DNA of 57,090 nucleotides, filler included, from Circinaria calcarea (GCA_051942165.1; 5 parts of 5 records of this genome joined end to end with filler, not necessarily neighbours in it); one strand, 5' to 3'. Shown: positions 24,752 to 38,106, numbered from the whole stretch's first letter. A program made the numbers and translations. The notes: generated from the letters alone by a model not told the origin.

Positions 24752-26529
24752 AATGGTAAAGACGAATTGTTATGGGAGAGGAGGAAGGAAGGAAGGAAGG
24801 AGCCGTTTAGCAGGCCTTCGGGCATTAAAGTCTGCCTTCGGGCATTAGATAGAAGAGCAATTCCATCACGTCTTCTGCATATGCGTGCGCTCCCCGTGAC
24901 AACGAAGGACACTCGGACGATGTAGGCATTTTGGTTCCAATGAGGATGGTTCGACCGGAAGATGAATACCCTCTCACATGGACTAATATGAGCGTCGATG
25001 TCTCTCCTTATGATTAATACGCCACAATGCCAGCACAGGATTTTCATTAATAGATTCCGCAAGGATATATAAAAGCTACCAAAGCGGCCAGCGCTTGAAA
25101 AGATGACCTCTCGTTCATTATAAATACGTTCCCAAGGCACCTTAAAGCACTGCTCGTGCAATCTGGTAAGCATCAGGAGCTACCTCTACTGGCCTTTGCA
25201 TAGAGTGACCGGCCAATGACTTGCGCTTTTACAAGGTACTTCGATAAGTCCTCTCATGGTTCCTTACTCAAGATATACTCGGGAGGCGATCTCTGGTCGT
25301 AATAAGAATATCTTAGGTTCGAGAACCCTTGGACTTATTGGCCTTGCGTTTTCTATCCGATCAAGTGGACAGAAGCACCAGACGCCCTGGCGGTTTATGG
25401 TGAACCTTTTTGTCAGTCCTAGCCACGTGTCCGACTCTCTAGCTTATGTCTAGCTTGTCCAAAGGACTGGGTACCGGGATACCTTCGGTATGAAATTTCG
25501 AGCACTACCTGCTAAACAAGGAGGCATGACCCAATATAAAGGATTTATACCAACTCTTATTCTACTCGCAGATCGTGGTGAAGGTCGAAAGCTCAGGAAG
25601 CGGCTAGTTAGGATGACAAAGTGCCCGACTAGGGCGTTCATTTTGTCCCTTTGTCCAGCCTCCCTTATGCGGATTACCACTACCGCAAGGGGGCCTGATG
25701 GTCTTTGGCTGCTCCCAGATCATCAAGCCAGCAAGTTATTCGGGGAGAAAAAGGCCACTCTTAATCCTTTATCATAGGAGAGGACGCGGTCAGCAAAGAT
25801 GATAATCTTAAGAAAGTCCAGCATAAACGCAGGCCTTACCACCGGTTTTGGAAAAGGATTAGAGTCAGGTATCGAGGCAGCAGCGCTTCTTGCGCAGGGA
25901 TAGATTATACACGGATACAGCCTTCTTCATATTCAACTGCCCTTTGGCCTTTGCTGGCAGGTTTGTTGCGGGGCATCGATATGGATACTATTATTTGACA
26001 GACGATAGACGGTATATATGTCATGAAGGATGTGACAAGCAGTACGTTACTTCTCAGTCCCTCTTAAGGCACTGTAAGAAGAATTCGGGACATGCTCCAA
26101 AGTTATTATGAGTACAACAAGGGGAGTGAAGGAGGTATTATTTATCACCAACTCGGATTTACATCTTATTACCTGTCTGCTACTGAACGAGAAGCTCGAT
26201 AATCTCCTCCCTCGCTCCTCGCCTCTCCCTCCACGCCTACTCCTCCCTATCGTTATTGTCAGACCATCTTCGTCCTCGTCCTATTCAATAAAGAGCAGAG
26301 AGAGAAATCCGTACTAGGGCAATACTGCAAACAGCTTACTATATAGAAAGGCCTTCAACTGAGTAGAAGCCTCGCGATTTTGAGATCTGACGTTCACAGG
26401 TGCGATGGCATATTGACCTTCCGATGGCCATTTTTCCTGCGGACTTCGACAGATCTCGTCGATGTAGGCAGTCTTACATCTAGATATACTCATTAATTTC
26501 ATAACTAATTTCATAATTGATACAGTTAG

Positions 26530-26861
26530 GAAAATGGATAACATCGATTCGAGGGGAAAATATCCCGAAGATTATCTACGTTTGAAGAGATCTCCGGATC
26601 TTTTTGTTTGAGATCAATGACGATATCAATCTCCCAGCCATCTGAGGTTCGATAGCTTAAAAGGGCCGAAAGATCAGCCTGAGAAATAGAAGAAGATAGA
26701 CTCCTTGCTATAGGATCGTCTCAGGATTTTCCATCCATTGTGGCAATTCACATTCCTCTTCCCAGGTATTGTCGACTCCCCAACAAAGCCAGAAGTTACT
26801 CCTAGGCATCTGATACGACTGGGAGATTAGGTTTCTTTAACCGGGGTCTGAGCAACCCCAT
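26530..26861 (-). pseudogene. Degenerate ORF relic, product unknown
   Basis: Protein-like frame (MGLLRPRLKKPNLPVVSDA*E*LLALLG..DLSALLSYRTSDGWEIDIVIDLK) interrupted by TAG/TAA/TGA. Confidence 0.35.
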
Positions 26862-27237
26862 CGTTCGGAATAAATCGGAAGCCTTATAGACATCAGTCCA
26901 GAGAGCGAGGCACGCGTGATGCCGCAAAGCCTCTTTGGGGAGGACAACCTGCAGCCATTAGCCCCTCCGCTAAGGGTTCACAGACCGAGCGCCTGTCGTC
27001 CGCTCCTCTCTCTCCGCCCCTGGCCTGTTGGTAATTTTTCTATTGTCTGTCATTAGACTTTTCGGCCTACGTCGGATTCACCTGGAGGAAGCTCTGAGTT
27101 CGGGTGCCTCTGCCGGCTTACCTTGCAATAAAACTATATATATATAGGTCAGAACGGGATGATCTAGCCGGCAAATTGGGTTAATTAAGAAACGCACAGT
27201 GCTTTATATATCCGACGACGGCATCCTGACGAGGGTA

Positions 27238-28050
27238 ATGCTCCCAGCTCCCCTAGCACGCTTAAGCTCCATGGATACTGGACAGTTTTACCAATTATTC
27301 CCCTGGATTCCGAAATCGGGGGGTTAGGACATAGCCTCGACAGCATGATTGATATCAGATATTAAGTGCCTAGAACTTTAACAGTCGATATTCAGGCCTT
27401 CGTACATAGCGTACCGAAAAGATATCACTCCACTGAGCTCGATGTCCGTTGATCGGGTAAAGGACGTCCTCTTGAAAATCTCTGATGCTGGTAGAGACAA
27501 GTCTGTTGGGCAGTAGAATGTATGGTGGCATTTCTACCTGAGTATGTAACTTAGTAACTACCTATGCTACGAAAAAGTGCTTTTATGGTGTGTGGAAGTG
27601 TTAAGCATGGACCTCCTAAGCAACACATGCTCGGTAAGCCCTATGACTTCCAACAAAGTCCGTGTATAATTCAGAACTACGTGACGCCAGTCGCAGATAT
27701 AGACACGCTTTGGACATTCTTACTTCTTCTCCTTAAAAGTACACGATAATAGAGGCTGCGTCAGAGAACCTATCCTCAGAATATCTAGCCTTCAAAAGGC
27801 GAGAGGTACTGCTATAAACTGCATCCAAATTCGTAAAACGAGTACAAGGAGTAGGCCGAATACGTCCACCGCCTCCTACACAACAGGTACCGCCTCCTCC
27901 GCCTTCTCCACATCCATCAAATGCCATGGAAATCCTGTCGGCGGGAGGCTTCATCCTTGAGGAATATACAAATCACCATTCTACCAGTTTCAGAATCCAT
28001 ACGTGAAAGGCAAAACTGCCTAAAACCCCACCCGTGAGCAGTGGCTAATT
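27238..28050 (+). pseudogene. Degenerate gene relic, product unknown
   Basis: Frame from ATG 27238 has stops at 27325 (TAG), 27346 (TGA), 27379 (TAA), 27514 (TAG), each one C>T change from Gln/Arg; GTATGT and GTAAGC donor-like sites follow; Pro-rich distal part. Confidence 0.4.
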
Positions 28051-29098
28051 CGCATTTAAGATTAAAGTCTTGCAGCAGAACAAGGCGTGCGAGCAGATGA
28101 ATGCGGACTTATGGAAAAAGCATGTCCGCGTTTTGTTTCCTTGATCTTAATCAACTAGAGCCGAACAATACATACACAGTGCCGGGCATGAAGCAACCAG
28201 TCTTCCCCGTCCAAGCAAACATTGGCCATTTCATCTTCCTCCATTGAGGATACGAATGCCAGTTAGTTGATTAACCCTGGTACTATAGATAATATAAACA
28301 GCAAACCAGTCAACGTGCGGACACCGAGTTTAGTCCAAGCAACCGTTATTTGTTGGATCAAGGAGACCTTAAAAATTGGCAAACAGAGATATGGATAAAA
28401 TCTTCAAATCTGTTCGCGCGCACCCGGCCTCACTCGATAAGTTGTGGCCTTAGCTGAGTCATTTGGGGGACGCGGTGGGCTTCGAAGATTGGCTGACGCC
28501 CTATGCTTTATGGTGCGGGATGGCTACCACCGATTCTAGCTAGAAACTTTTGGATTGCTCATCGTCAGCCACAATATCGTCCGCTCCGCCATCGTTGATA
28601 CTAACCCATACTGCCCGAAGCCACAGTCGAGTTCACGCACCGTATAGGAGCCAGGCTCGATAACATTTAACTCAAAGATGCTCCTATGAGATCAAGAGTT
28701 TTCACCTCACCGTTTTAATATCTTGTATGGAGATGCTACTTCTAGTCCGATGTCTGACTTGGGGCCCTTACGCAATTCATTCCGCCCTCAAAATTATGCA
28801 TCTATCGAGGAGGTACGACAAGATTAAACCAGAGCTATCAACTTTGGTCTATCCTGTGTGCCGGGAAGAGCAAGCATCCAAAGGAACTTTCGACGGTCAT
28901 GTAAGTAGATGTTGCTGTGAAACCGCAAGGCATGTTATCTATATCGATATACTTGTAATCTCTCACATTTCATTTCACTAGGAATACGAGAAATCCGGTC
29001 AATGCCACAATTAATTCTATTCCGGGGCGGACGTACTGGGTACGTGCGTCGGCATGATCCGAGGTATTTGTCAATACCAAACCATTGCAAGTACCGGC

Positions 29099-29548
29099 AT
29101 GAGGAAGACCGAGAGTCCCACTGGGACAATCGTGACGAAAGTCACGATAACCCTGAATAAATAAACGTCGGCCTATCTGGGATTGGTCCACAACAATCCT
29201 GTCTTGGTCAAGGGGCGGTCCATATTATCGAATTGGATTGGAGCAACAACGGCCAGTTAATCGATTGGCCCTGCTATCACGGAACATATGAACAAGATAG
29301 CAGTCGAGGTGCGGACATCGAGTTCTGTTTTGATTCGACTCGCGCTTCACCTAGTCGAGCCGATAACAGAAAAATATACACTGCAGTCGCAACCCATTGG
29401 TTGGCAGACGACGGCCTTGTTTACCATAGACTTTCCTATTTACAAGATTATAAGATTCTCCCCCCAACGGAACAGATATATCGACTACCTCGCTCAAATG
29501 ATAACGTCCCGGGTTCGACGACCGAGACTACCAGAGGCATGGAATTGA
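29099..29548 (+). pseudogene. Degenerate ORF relic, product unknown
   Basis: MRKTESPTGTIVTKVTITLNK*TSAYLGLVH..WIGATTAS*SIGPAITEHMNKIAVEVR..; two TAA stops in an otherwise open frame. Confidence 0.3.
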
Positions 29549-31020
29549 CCCAGAAGCCTAGAAAGCAGCGCTTTCTCCATCCATCAAAAAGCTATTTGCG
29601 CTGGTCGAGCAAGATCGGAATCAGCCAGATGAAGCCTTGAACCGCATCAAGATGGATTTATACAAGGCTCTCGTTGTGGTTACGAAACATTCGGGAGCCA
29701 AAATAATCCAATCGGTGTGCAAATGAGAGGCATTATCCTCCAAGACCACCACCCCTTCACCTCAATCCTCAAACTTTTCTTCCCATGAATAATCCCTTTT
29801 CCAGGAGAAGTTACGGAAAAATCATGGAATTTCGACCCCATGAAAACGGAAAGTCTCGACTCAGCGCCACCCACGAATCGAGTATACTTAGTCAGATTTA
29901 CATTAGACTTTTTAACAGACTAGTCCTCGACGTTCGAAATGAAACGATCTGTTCATAAGGCAGGGTGGATGGCACCTGCGTGTCTAACTCGCATCAAGTT
30001 TTTCCCCCATAACCTCCTTTTTGGTCTTTCTGGGCATGGGTAAGGGTTATAGGGGCTCGAGGGAAAAATCACAATAAGGAGTTCAGTCAGCGGCGCTAGG
30101 CTGCCGTACGTTATGTGGACCTAAATTTCCAGCAAAACCTGGCGTCTAGGTTTCGGGAATAGGGATAATTTTCGGGGTGGGAGGAGAGCAGGCGAGAAGA
30201 ACTCCCAGAGTTCAATATTCGACAGGAAATCCGTACATAAACTCTATCTTAATAGCAGGATAATTACATCGGTACGAGCTACGTAACACGTAAGCAAGGA
30301 AATTAAAACAAAAGTCACTCTGAAGTTGGGGCTGATCTGAATATCAAAAAGTACAATCCGGTAAATATAAATTTATAAGTATTTGTATCAAACCCGTCAA
30401 GGGCAAGCCAAGCCGCAAATCCGATTATCAGAAAATCTCAGTGTGCTTGACTTAGTATTTAGGCCCCCCCTCTTCTCCCTCCCCTTGGGCCCTTACCTCG
30501 AGAACAGCGCTGGGTAATTTTGAAATAGAAAAAGGGAGAAGAGTTTGCAGGCGGACTTCGCAGTGCAAAGGGAGTCCGAAGCCGAGGCCGAGTGCCGGAA
30601 GGATAAATCCTGAATAAGGACCAAAAAGGGGATAGGGATTCCCACAAGAGAGACGGTGTGGAGGTACGCCTCGCGGTCGATAGGAGTGGGAATTAGATGT
30701 CAAGAGATTTACTCGAGAGCTTTCTATTACGATTACTCAAGCTCAAATGCGACTACGGGGAGGAGGAGCGCTCCCTAAGAAAGTTCAACACAGCCGAGCA
30801 ACCTATCTAACAAGCAGGCAGCTGGCCCCAGTATGAACAACTGTGATGGAACTGTGCTATCCAATCTGTCAACGACCAAAATCGCATATGGTATCCGTAA
30901 TCGCTCAAATGTATCCCAGAAACCCGCGTCATCAATCGCTCCCGAAATGCTGAAATGACAGAATGAAAAAGGTAGACAAAGCTTTCTGATCCTGTATATA
31001 CCATTCACCACCCTGCCTTG

Positions 31021-32628
31021 TTACAATAGATCCCCGGTGATTAGTTCCATGAGGTCGTCTCCGTGCGAATCTGTAAGTGGGCTGACAGAAAGCGTAGGCT
31101 CTGGAGACAGGGCACTTAGGATCGATGAAGAGATTTCCGCCGATTCCATGGCACCGAGATGTTGTGCAGACGCAATTGCCACCGGGGTAGGTATTGGGGC
31201 ACTCTGAAGCGATGGCGAGGCCGCTGTTGTAGGACGGGAACCTAGAGCTAAAGATAACACGACGGTACTGAGGAGAAAAATGATGATGTTCTTGCGATCT
31301 TGGCTCGCTAGATACATGTAGTTCTTCAGCAGCGTCCAAAGCGGTATGTCTTGCGCTGATCGCGATGGACAGACGTTGGTAGGTAAGCTGGTATTGGGTC
31401 TGCACTCGGGATTCTCTTCCCTCAAACCGTCAACGTATGCTTGGGCATCCTGGCCGTAAATCTCCCTCATCCTCGCATCATCCATACGACTGGCACCATC
31501 AAAATTTCCACCGGCGGACTGTCTGTAGTCGGTAGGAGATACTTGATGCTCCTCTTCCTCACTCCTCAGATCCAGCTCTCTCCTAAGATCATCCTCGATC
31601 CATGGTAGGATCTCAACATCCACCCTTTCCATCTCGCTCCACGCTGCACCCCACGCCCCTGCCCTCATGAGCCCATTTGCGGCGTAGATTTTGATATCCC
31701 ACCTCCTTTGCCCTGTACCACTTCCATGTAGCCCATCCCTAATCCTTCTTCCACAGTCTCCGCATTTGTCTAGGTCGTTATCGCTGTCATATTCCTCAGT
31801 TTCAGATGCATCCCGATCATATTCCTCACCTGGACTGAGGTGAAAGTGTCCACATTTCAGTATCCGAGGTATCTGTAACTCCAGGGATTCCAACAACCTT
31901 TCTTCAAGTAAGTCGTAATCTTCCCTCGGATGTGGAACCAGTATGCCTCGCTCGAGAACTGTAGCCGTCACCCTTTCCCGCAAGAGATTCCAATTTTTGA
32001 GCCAATAGCCGGGGAGAACACTCTCCAATATTTCCTGAGACCAGGGTAGTGCGATAGGCAGAACAGTGACATGAAGAAGAACGAGAGGATGCTCCTTTTT
32101 GATTCTCTTCGTAGGACTTAATTTCGAGGGTGAGCGCACTGCACTGCGATACGATATTGTTGATCTAGGCGTACTGTTCCGCGAGGAATAGTTGAGCTTG
32201 TATCGATGCTGTGAAGATGGAGACATTATGAAAGGTGGAGGTGTATTTTCGAGTTGCATGGCCCGAATGGAGGAAGGATTGCGGAATGGCGATCGGGTCT
32301 CGATTGGTACATAAGGGGAGGATTGCGTTTGCTCTGGCCCGCAGGAGCCGCTTCTGGACTCAAAGGGTAGCTCTGATATCTCATCATTGGAATGATTTGA
32401 GGTACGAGGAGAGCTTTGTCCGGTCATGTTGATGGTGTCGTCGAACACTAGCTCATCAGGCCCACTAGAGTTTCGAGCTGAAAAGCCTTCTTCCCCTTCT
32501 TGATAATCAATGTCCTGCTCAATAGTCTGCATTGGCTCCTCATGTCTCAATGATGGGAGCCGCGAGGAAGAGAAATCGTCTGATAAGGCAAGCAAATGCT
32601 GATAGGGTCTTTCTGTACTGTGCATCAT
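31021..32628 (-). CDS. Fungal hypothetical protein with C-terminal transmembrane segment
   Basis: 535-aa ORF; PLVLLHVTVLP, ERGILVPHPREDYDLLEERLLESLEL, PRILKCGHF, CGDCG, WDIKIYAANGLMRAGAW; hydrophobic IIIFLLSTVVLSLALG. Confidence 0.85.
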   Translation of the reverse strand: MMHSTERPYQHLLALSDDFSSSRLPSLRHEEPMQTIEQDIDYQEGEEGFSARNSSGPDELVFDDTINMTGQSSPRTSNHSNDEISELPFESRSGSCGPEQTQSSPYVPIETRSPFRNPSSIRAMQLENTPPPFIMSPSSQHRYKLNYSSRNSTPRSTISYRSAVRSPSKLSPTKRIKKEHPLVLLHVTVLPIALPWSQEILESVLPGYWLKNWNLLRERVTATVLERGILVPHPREDYDLLEERLLESLELQIPRILKCGHFHLSPGEEYDRDASETEEYDSDNDLDKCGDCGRRIRDGLHGSGTGQRRWDIKIYAANGLMRAGAWGAAWSEMERVDVEILPWIEDDLRRELDLRSEEEEHQVSPTDYRQSAGGNFDGASRMDDARMREIYGQDAQAYVDGLREENPECRPNTSLPTNVCPSRSAQDIPLWTLLKNYMYLASQDRKNIIIFLLSTVVLSLALGSRPTTAASPSLQSAPIPTPVAIASAQHLGAMESAEISSSILSALSPEPTLSVSPLTDSHGDDLMELITGDLL

Positions 32629-33664
32629 ATCCGTTTATCTTGATGCCTAACGCGCTGGCTTGGCTGGGAAATGGTTGTCTGCTCGATTGTTTAATTTTAA
32701 CCCCCCCGCAGCAATTGTGTTCAATGCATATATACAGCGCTAATTTTGCTTCAATCACGGTCTAAATCGCGTGGTCTGTGGATAATCACGAAAATCACGA
32801 AACCAAGTCACCATGGCAACAGCCCCAATCCCGATCCGGATTACAGTAGTTGCAAGGATTTTAGCGTGGTCGTGTCGCAACGATTATAAAATGCCCTCCC
32901 ACGCTCTTAAATTTGTATAGAAAATTGGATAGGCAACGGAGGATACCCTCAACAACAAATTTTCTTTCCTTTCTCGGAATATACTGTTCTAGTAGGTTAT
33001 GAAATGTTGGTCAAAAGCGTATGTTGATGTTTGCAACCACAGTAGTCTACTTTAAGCGCTGCCCTATCAAACTACCAGCAAACAGCTATCACCAAGCCTT
33101 TAAATTAATTCGAGGGCTTAGGTGTTGCTTATCAGAGATATTATGTCCGGGGACCCAACGCTCATACACATAACCTGATATAATATATTCCACCGGTAGG
33201 CATGTAAGATTTTGTGAAGAAGGGTTGGTTTAAAGAGGTCTGCTAGAGTAACAATGGTTTTTGCAAATGAACAAGAGAGCAACTTAAAGCTAGGGTGCCC
33301 ATCTCCATTATCACAGGGCATTAATAGGCCAGATGAACCATTACTCTAGGCATACTTGATGTATATTCTCGAAGCGTTACTAAATACCCCTAAGACCCCT
33401 AATTGGAAATTCGGTTTCCAACGGGTCGTATTGTATAACCTTAACAAGCAGGTAATGAGGATTATTAGTCTATCCTTGCTGTCTATCGTTAATACACCGT
33501 AAAATGGTCTATCAAGCGAGAAAGAAAACGCTTCTCTATGGAACTCCATGTGCAGCTTGAACCCTCCTATGTTTATATCTAGGACAAACCGCAGTAACCG
33601 TCTTTTCAAAGCCATTATGCCATCCTTCATTTCACTCACCTCCACGCTTATCCACATGGTTTGT

Positions 33665-34261
33665 TTACTTTGCGATTTCAACCCCGCCAGTTGCGCCTAT
33701 CATCATTAGCACGGGACACTCTCCAACGTCCCAAACCAGAAAACCTAAAAAATGCGAGTACTTACCAAGGGCTTTCTTGATATCTCCATAGATGGCGAAC
33801 TGAAAGGCCGTGAGACTTCCAACTGAGTTTCGAAACGAAAACGGTTAGCATTGATAGTATACTAGTGGCGATTTCGTCCTCCAAGTTATTGTACTTACCC
33901 ATGAAAAGCCTGGCGCCGATGCCCGTGTAACTACCGCGCAATCCGAGTTCTTTACCAATCTTGATCAGACGACGTGTAGTACCTTCTCCTGGGAGGCCTT
34001 GTGTCTTGTTGATCTTGCTGAGCATAGTATCGGCGGGTTGTGAGACAACCGCAGCAGCGAGGCCTGCAACAAGACCGGACCCGAGATTGATAACCGTCTG
34101 CATGCCGTCCGAAGTTTTTGACTTATCCACACGCCTGTAAACAGCTTCTGCGACCTTTTCATAGACCACAAACTTGGCCATGGTGTATGGAACCCTAAGG
34201 CGATGTTAGCAGTGTTGGTGAATACGACATGTTTGCACTCACTGTTTGAAAAGGATAGGTC
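33665..34261 (-). CDS. MIR1: Mitochondrial phosphate carrier, 3' part (5' cut by contig end)
   Basis: PILFKQ|VPYTMAKFVVYE; AAVVSQPADTMLSKIN; FM|VGSLTAFQFAIYGDIKKAL|GATGGVEIAK*; three GT-AG introns. Confidence 0.92.
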
Positions 34262-34361
34262 NNNNNNNNNNNNNNNNNNNNNNNNNNNNNNNNNNNNNNN
34301 NNNNNTTAATTAATTAANNNNNNNNNNNNNNNNNNNNNNNNNNNNNNNNNNNNNNNNNNNN
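34262..34361. other. Artificial contig spacer
   Basis: 44 N + TTAATTAATTAA + 44 N. Confidence 0.98.
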
Positions 34362-34624
34362 TCGTAGGCAGCGCAGAAACCTCTGATCAATTGAACAGTA
34401 TCATTTATCTCTGCGCCGAATCCCTCCGCATCTGCGGCATCTTGCTGCAGCCCTATATGCCCGGGACCATGCAACGCCTGCTCGATATGCTCGGTGTGGC
34501 GCTAGACGCCCGAAAATTCGATAACACGCTGCTGGGCTCGGACCTGGACTACGGCTCGTCGACGATTGAAGTGGGAAAGGGGCATGCGGGGGTGTTGTTT
34601 CCGCCGTTGTTGAGTGACAGGTAG
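34362..34624 (+). CDS. MSM1: Methionyl-tRNA synthetase (probably mitochondrial), C-terminal fragment
   Basis: IIYLCAESLRICGILLQPYMPGTMQRLLDMLGV..VLFPPL resembles the MetRS anticodon-binding helical domain end. Confidence 0.78.
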
Positions 34625-36715
34625 ATAGACGTACCCTTATGTAAAATACAAGTGCATTCAGCTCGTCCAGTTCAACGTGATGTCGAATGGTAACCCGTAG
34701 AGAATGATGCCACCGAACATCAAACGCTATGCCCGCCAATATTCTGTTTTTTTGGTTTCTACCTCCTGCAGACCTTCTTCCGCCTCCATTGGTTCCGCCT
34801 AGAACTGCCCTATCCGGCTTGCTAGCTAAAACATTACAGATGTCAATAGCGGACTCTGCCCATCGCTAAAACTAAACGTGCTTGGCCGTTGGCCCTCAGA
34901 AGCTGCGGATCCAGTAGCTGCGGAAAGGTTCACATAGGAACGCTACATGATCGGCGAATATCTTGGGCCTGGGCTGAAGCCACGTTGCTGCCATGGCTAC
35001 TTGACGAGTGGATTTCCCAAAACTCTACGAGTGCGACTTTTCAAGCCGTGGCAGCCTTCGAGTGGTCTTTAGAGTTGAGCGAGGAGTATTTCTAAGCTAG
35101 ACTTCCTCGATCAGCAAACTCAAGAGTCGTCCACACTGCTCAGTAGAGAGCCAACACGGCAAAAGGGCAAGTAGGTGTGTCTTGCCAGCAAGCAGGTCAT
35201 CCCCAAGCTGGATCCGCCGTTCTACTGACTCAAACGGCGCGTGGGGATGTGGAGACCATACCAAAGAGTAGGAGGTCCGAAAGCAAGTTCGCAAACCATG
35301 TGTATACGCCGACATGGAGGAAAATTCCTATAGACAGGAGCATGGCTTAAGCCCCAGGGGACGGGAGCAAACGGCAATACCCGCTTTAGGCAGGTGTACT
35401 TGAAATGGAATGTTTCAAAAATGGAAGGAGGAGCTGGTAAGCATGAAAATGATCAGAGGGCGCATATTTTAAACAGACACTCACTTATCGTCGCCGGCGA
35501 AGTAGGATGTGGAATGCTTTCCTGGATCTAACACTCAACCAACACTAGCAGGTTGGTTTTACTTCTCCTCTAGGACGAAGGTATTCATGGATGAGGTTGG
35601 TGCAAGCCTTTGCAGTAGTGTCAATAGAAGACGCAGAGCACATCAATTTGCTGGTTATTAGAAAGGGGGGGCCCCACTGACCTTGAAAGTTGCATCTAAG
35701 ATTGGTAAGACTCTAAGTCGAAGATGGACAGCAACAGATCAACGAGGGATATGGGACGAGTTCTCAAACGTACGTTCATCAAGAGAAGATACAAAGAGAT
35801 GCGCTTTCAAAAACGACCTTCTGACACCTTCGATGCAGGGTATCCTCAAAAATAAGCTTTCTTGAGGAAATAGGGCAACAGTCAAGACGATCAAACCACC
35901 GCGAATGTTATACGAATGTAGTCCTCCACTACAGCTTCGCGATCACATAACTCGGCCTCGATCTGTCTGGGCAACAAAATAGAAGCAGGCACAGACCTTG
36001 TACTATATCTCACAAGAGTCTCGAGGGCTTTCCGGCTCTTTTTTGTCCTCACATATCTGTGGTAGATAAGATGAAGGACTGTCGGGAACTACCCGGTTGC
36101 TCAGGTGAAGATGCTTTTCCGATCATCCATAAACTCATTGTATATCAGAGGCAAAGAGTGACTTTCTGACAAGATAAACACGTTCGGAAGCTTTATATGA
36201 GGTCTCCCGGAAAATCATAACGCCGTCGCATATCTGCTAAATTCTTATCGACTTGCTATCATAACTCTGAAGGATTTCGTGCTTTAATTCCGCTAAAGAT
36301 TTCTTTCCTGTCCTGTCATGATCCTTTGTAGGACTCTGTCTTCTCTGTTAGATACACCTCAAAGAAGTGTATCGAGTGGGCATTCCTCCTGTCTTGGCGC
36401 TTTTCTTCATGCAGAGCACTAAGACTCTCAAGTTTAATCTCTTTTACTTTTCTTACCCATCTAAACACTACCTTGTAGACAAGACGGAAGCTCGGGTGAA
36501 TCTGCTTAACTCGAGATCTGACAGTTCTAACATATACACGCAAATTGTCTATTACCCCTTTACCATCCACCCCCAATTCATGAACCATCATCAATCACCG
36601 CGTCCTTGAGCCTTTCTTTCTCTCCGTGGACGTTCTCGAGCTCATTCACAGTAACACAATTCTTCATACCATATTATCTACATAGAAAAGGCCCCCCCCC
36701 GAAACCTATTCCATC

Positions 36716-37923
36716 ATGGGCAGCATGGCACCGCAAGAGCCGAAGCAACCATGGGTGCAAACTCCATTAATCGAGTCTGCAGCACTCTCAAAAGCCGCAG
36801 GATGGTATACACTCAGCCTACTTAATTGCCAATCGAATTCAAATAGCTAACGCACCCATAGCAGAATTTTCCTCAAGCTCGAGAACCTTCAACCATCCGG
36901 CTCCTTCAAATCCCGGTACGCCCCTCCCCCACCCCCACTAATCCACCGCCCTCCGCTCATTGCCCTAACCTGCTTCCCCACAGCGGTATCGGAAACCTCA
37001 TCCGCCGCGCCATTCTCTCCCAACCCTCCCCTTCCCCTTCCCCATCTACTATCCACTTCTATTCCTCCTCCGGCGGAAACGCCGGCCTCGCCTGCGTGAC
37101 CGCCGCCCACACCCTCGGCTACCCTGCCACCGTCATCGTCCCCCTGAGCACCAAACCGCTAATGATTTCCAAAATCCGCGCCGCCGGCGCAACAGATGTG
37201 GTGCAAAAGGGCGCCACTTGGTCAGAAGCGGACCGGTATCTACGAGGAGTTGTCCTCGCAAATAATCCTCACGGCATCTACGTACCACCATTCGATCACC
37301 CGCACGTATGGGAGGGCACGAGCACGATGGTAGGCGAGGTAGCGCAGCAGCTGGAGTACGCGAAGCCAGACGCATTGATCTGCTCCGTCGGCGGCGGTGG
37401 CCTCTTCTGCGGCCTGATGCAGGGAATCGACCAGGTCTGGAACGGAGAGGTCGACGTGCTGGCCGTGGAAACGAACGGCGCCGACTCCCTGAACGCGTCC
37501 CTGAAAGCGGGAGAGCTGGTCACGTTGCCGGGCATCACGAGCATGGCGACGTCACTCGGTGCCGTACGGGTGGCGCCCAAGGCCTTCGAGTACGGCCGGC
37601 GCTCGAACGTCACGAGTGTGGTTCTCGCGGATGCCGAAGCCGCCATGGGATGCTGGCGGTTGGCGGACGATGAGAGGATGCTGGTGGAGGCCGCGTGCGG
37701 GGTTTCGGTCGCTTTGTGCTATGATGGGCGGTTGAAGAAGCTGTTGCCTCGTCTAACAGCGGAGAGCAGAGTGGTGGTAGTGTTGTGCGGGGGCTCGAAT
37801 ATCACGTTAGAGATGCTGGCGGAGTTCCGGCGAAAGTACGCCGACGTGGAGGAGTTGGCAACGAAAGATGAGGGCGTGCCGAGCACCTTGAGCGCACCCG
37901 ATGGTCACATGGAGAAAGATTGA
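36716..37923 (+). CDS. CHA1: L-serine/threonine dehydratase (PLP fold II)
   Basis: PWVQTPLIES; RIFLKLENLQPSGSFKSRG (PLP lysine); SSGGNAG; PPFDHP; SVGGGGL; VVLCGG; introns at about 36805-36861 and 36916-36983. Confidence 0.92.
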
Positions 37924-38106
37924 TCTAGGAAACATAGAGGCTTCCATGTAAATAGCATTTAGACTATAGATCCCCCGGGGTATAACACTTGACGCCATGA
38001 ATCTGAAGAACCTTGCCCTTTCATAATTATAGCGTTCAGTAGTGCCTTTCCACCCACTTTTCAAAACTTCGGATCATTTCTCATATGGCTTCCCTCCCGG
38101 ACGGTT

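Noticed and set aside
24643..25680. Minus-strand ORFs of 176 and 76 aa in the decayed island
   Set aside because: No recognisable domain; may be relics but cannot be called
30443..30454. GTGCTTGACT+TA resembling the end of a Fot1/pogo terminal inverted repeat
   Set aside because: Only 10 bp; no partner repeat or transposase found
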